Shown here: piece after piece, positions 31,680 to 32,000 of the stretch
Layout: each line of letters opens with the position of its first letter
Position numbering within the stretch: the first letter of the stretch is position 1
Origin: Candidatus Methylomirabilis limnetica
GTDB lineage: Bacteria; Methylomirabilota; Methylomirabilia; Methylomirabilales; Methylomirabilaceae
Assembly (NCBI RefSeq): GCF_003044035.1
Contig: NZ_NVQC01000020.1
Location: 1 to 32,000, forward strand
Direction of reading: 5' to 3'
DNA: 32,000 bases
Notes under the pieces: generated by a model
The model's input: the letters and a program-made list of their open reading frames with translations, nothing else
Database searches by the model: none
Told to the model about the DNA's origin: nothing
Translations under genes and position numbers: made by a program

Positions 31680-32000
31680 CTAATCTCGGCCCCTCTATTG
31701 GAGGCCTTTGCTAAGAAGACGATCGCTTCAATTTTCCCTTGCATAGCCTGCATGAGACGATGCTTCAGGTGATCGGCTTGGTCCTGATCCATAGTCAGCC
31801 CATAGACCGCCGGTCCCCAGGAACTCTGCCCTACCCCTAACGCCCCAGCCCTTCGCATCGCCCTGGCCAGTTCCGCCCCCTGCGTGGTGGCAAAGGTTCC
31901 GCCCTGGACGGATCTGAACCAGTTTCCGACAATGCGCTGAATCCTGGTAAGCGCCTCACCGAATACAACGGGGTCGCGCTCGAGCACCGCCGGGAGCATC
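31676..32000 (-). CDS. mptG: beta-ribofuranosylaminobenzene 5'-phosphate synthase (GHMP-kinase fold), C-terminal part; 5' end outside the window
   Basis: The C-terminal 107 aa carry ALGVGQSSWGPAVYGL, the GQSSWGP variant of the GHMP motif that I associate with RFAP synthase. It lies next to other H4MPT genes. Confidence 0.65.
   Translation of the reverse strand, partial: MLPAVLERDPVVFGEALTRIQRIVGNWFRSVQGGTFATTQGAELARAMRRAGALGVGQSSWGPAVYGLTMDQDQADHLKHRLMQAMQGKIEAIVFLAKASNRGAEIS

Overview
GC-rich bacterial chromosomal window, about 90% coding, with six or more families of short palindromic or MITE-like repeats in the intergenic spaces. Gene content points to a C1-oxidising Gram-negative organism. 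The H4MPT pathway genes and the repeat types are reminiscent of NC10 'Ca. Methylomirabilis', but this is inference and cannot be verified here. Order of contents: (1) 1-1300 is a rearranged, lower-GC stretch holding a multihaem cytochrome fragment joined to a truncated DUF4338 gene, followed by about 650 bp of unassigned non-coding DNA. (2) A CBS-pair gene follows, preceded by a promoter, a leader and an intrinsic terminator, convergent with a flavin reductase gene. (3) A Cu/Ag-type efflux module comes next: small membrane protein, CusC-like OMF, CusB-like adaptor, CusA, and an extremely Met-rich secreted protein. (4) Then a MITE, tRNA-Ala(CGC), a TraT-family lipoprotein, pyrE, msrA and a DUF427 remnant. 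(5) Housekeeping genes follow: SPFH/NfeD pair, mazG, ZIP transporter and lytic transglycosylase. (6) The H4MPT-linked formaldehyde oxidation cluster runs fae-mtdB-fwdD-like-fhcB-fhcA-fhcD-fhcC-mch. (7) Cofactor-associated genes follow (RimK-type ATP-grasp, CitG-like, partial mptG), interrupted by a translationally coupled HAD-aminotransferase-alpha/beta-hydrolase operon, a transaldolase-family gene and a gmd stub. The most interesting point is that the 'Fhc' cluster carries an FwdD subunit. Its FhcB keeps the N-terminal 4Fe-4S cysteines and the Cys-His/Arg active-site signature of pterin-dependent formylmethanofuran dehydrogenases, so it may be a redox enzyme rather than a hydrolase. No CRISPR arrays, rRNA genes or intact transposases were seen.
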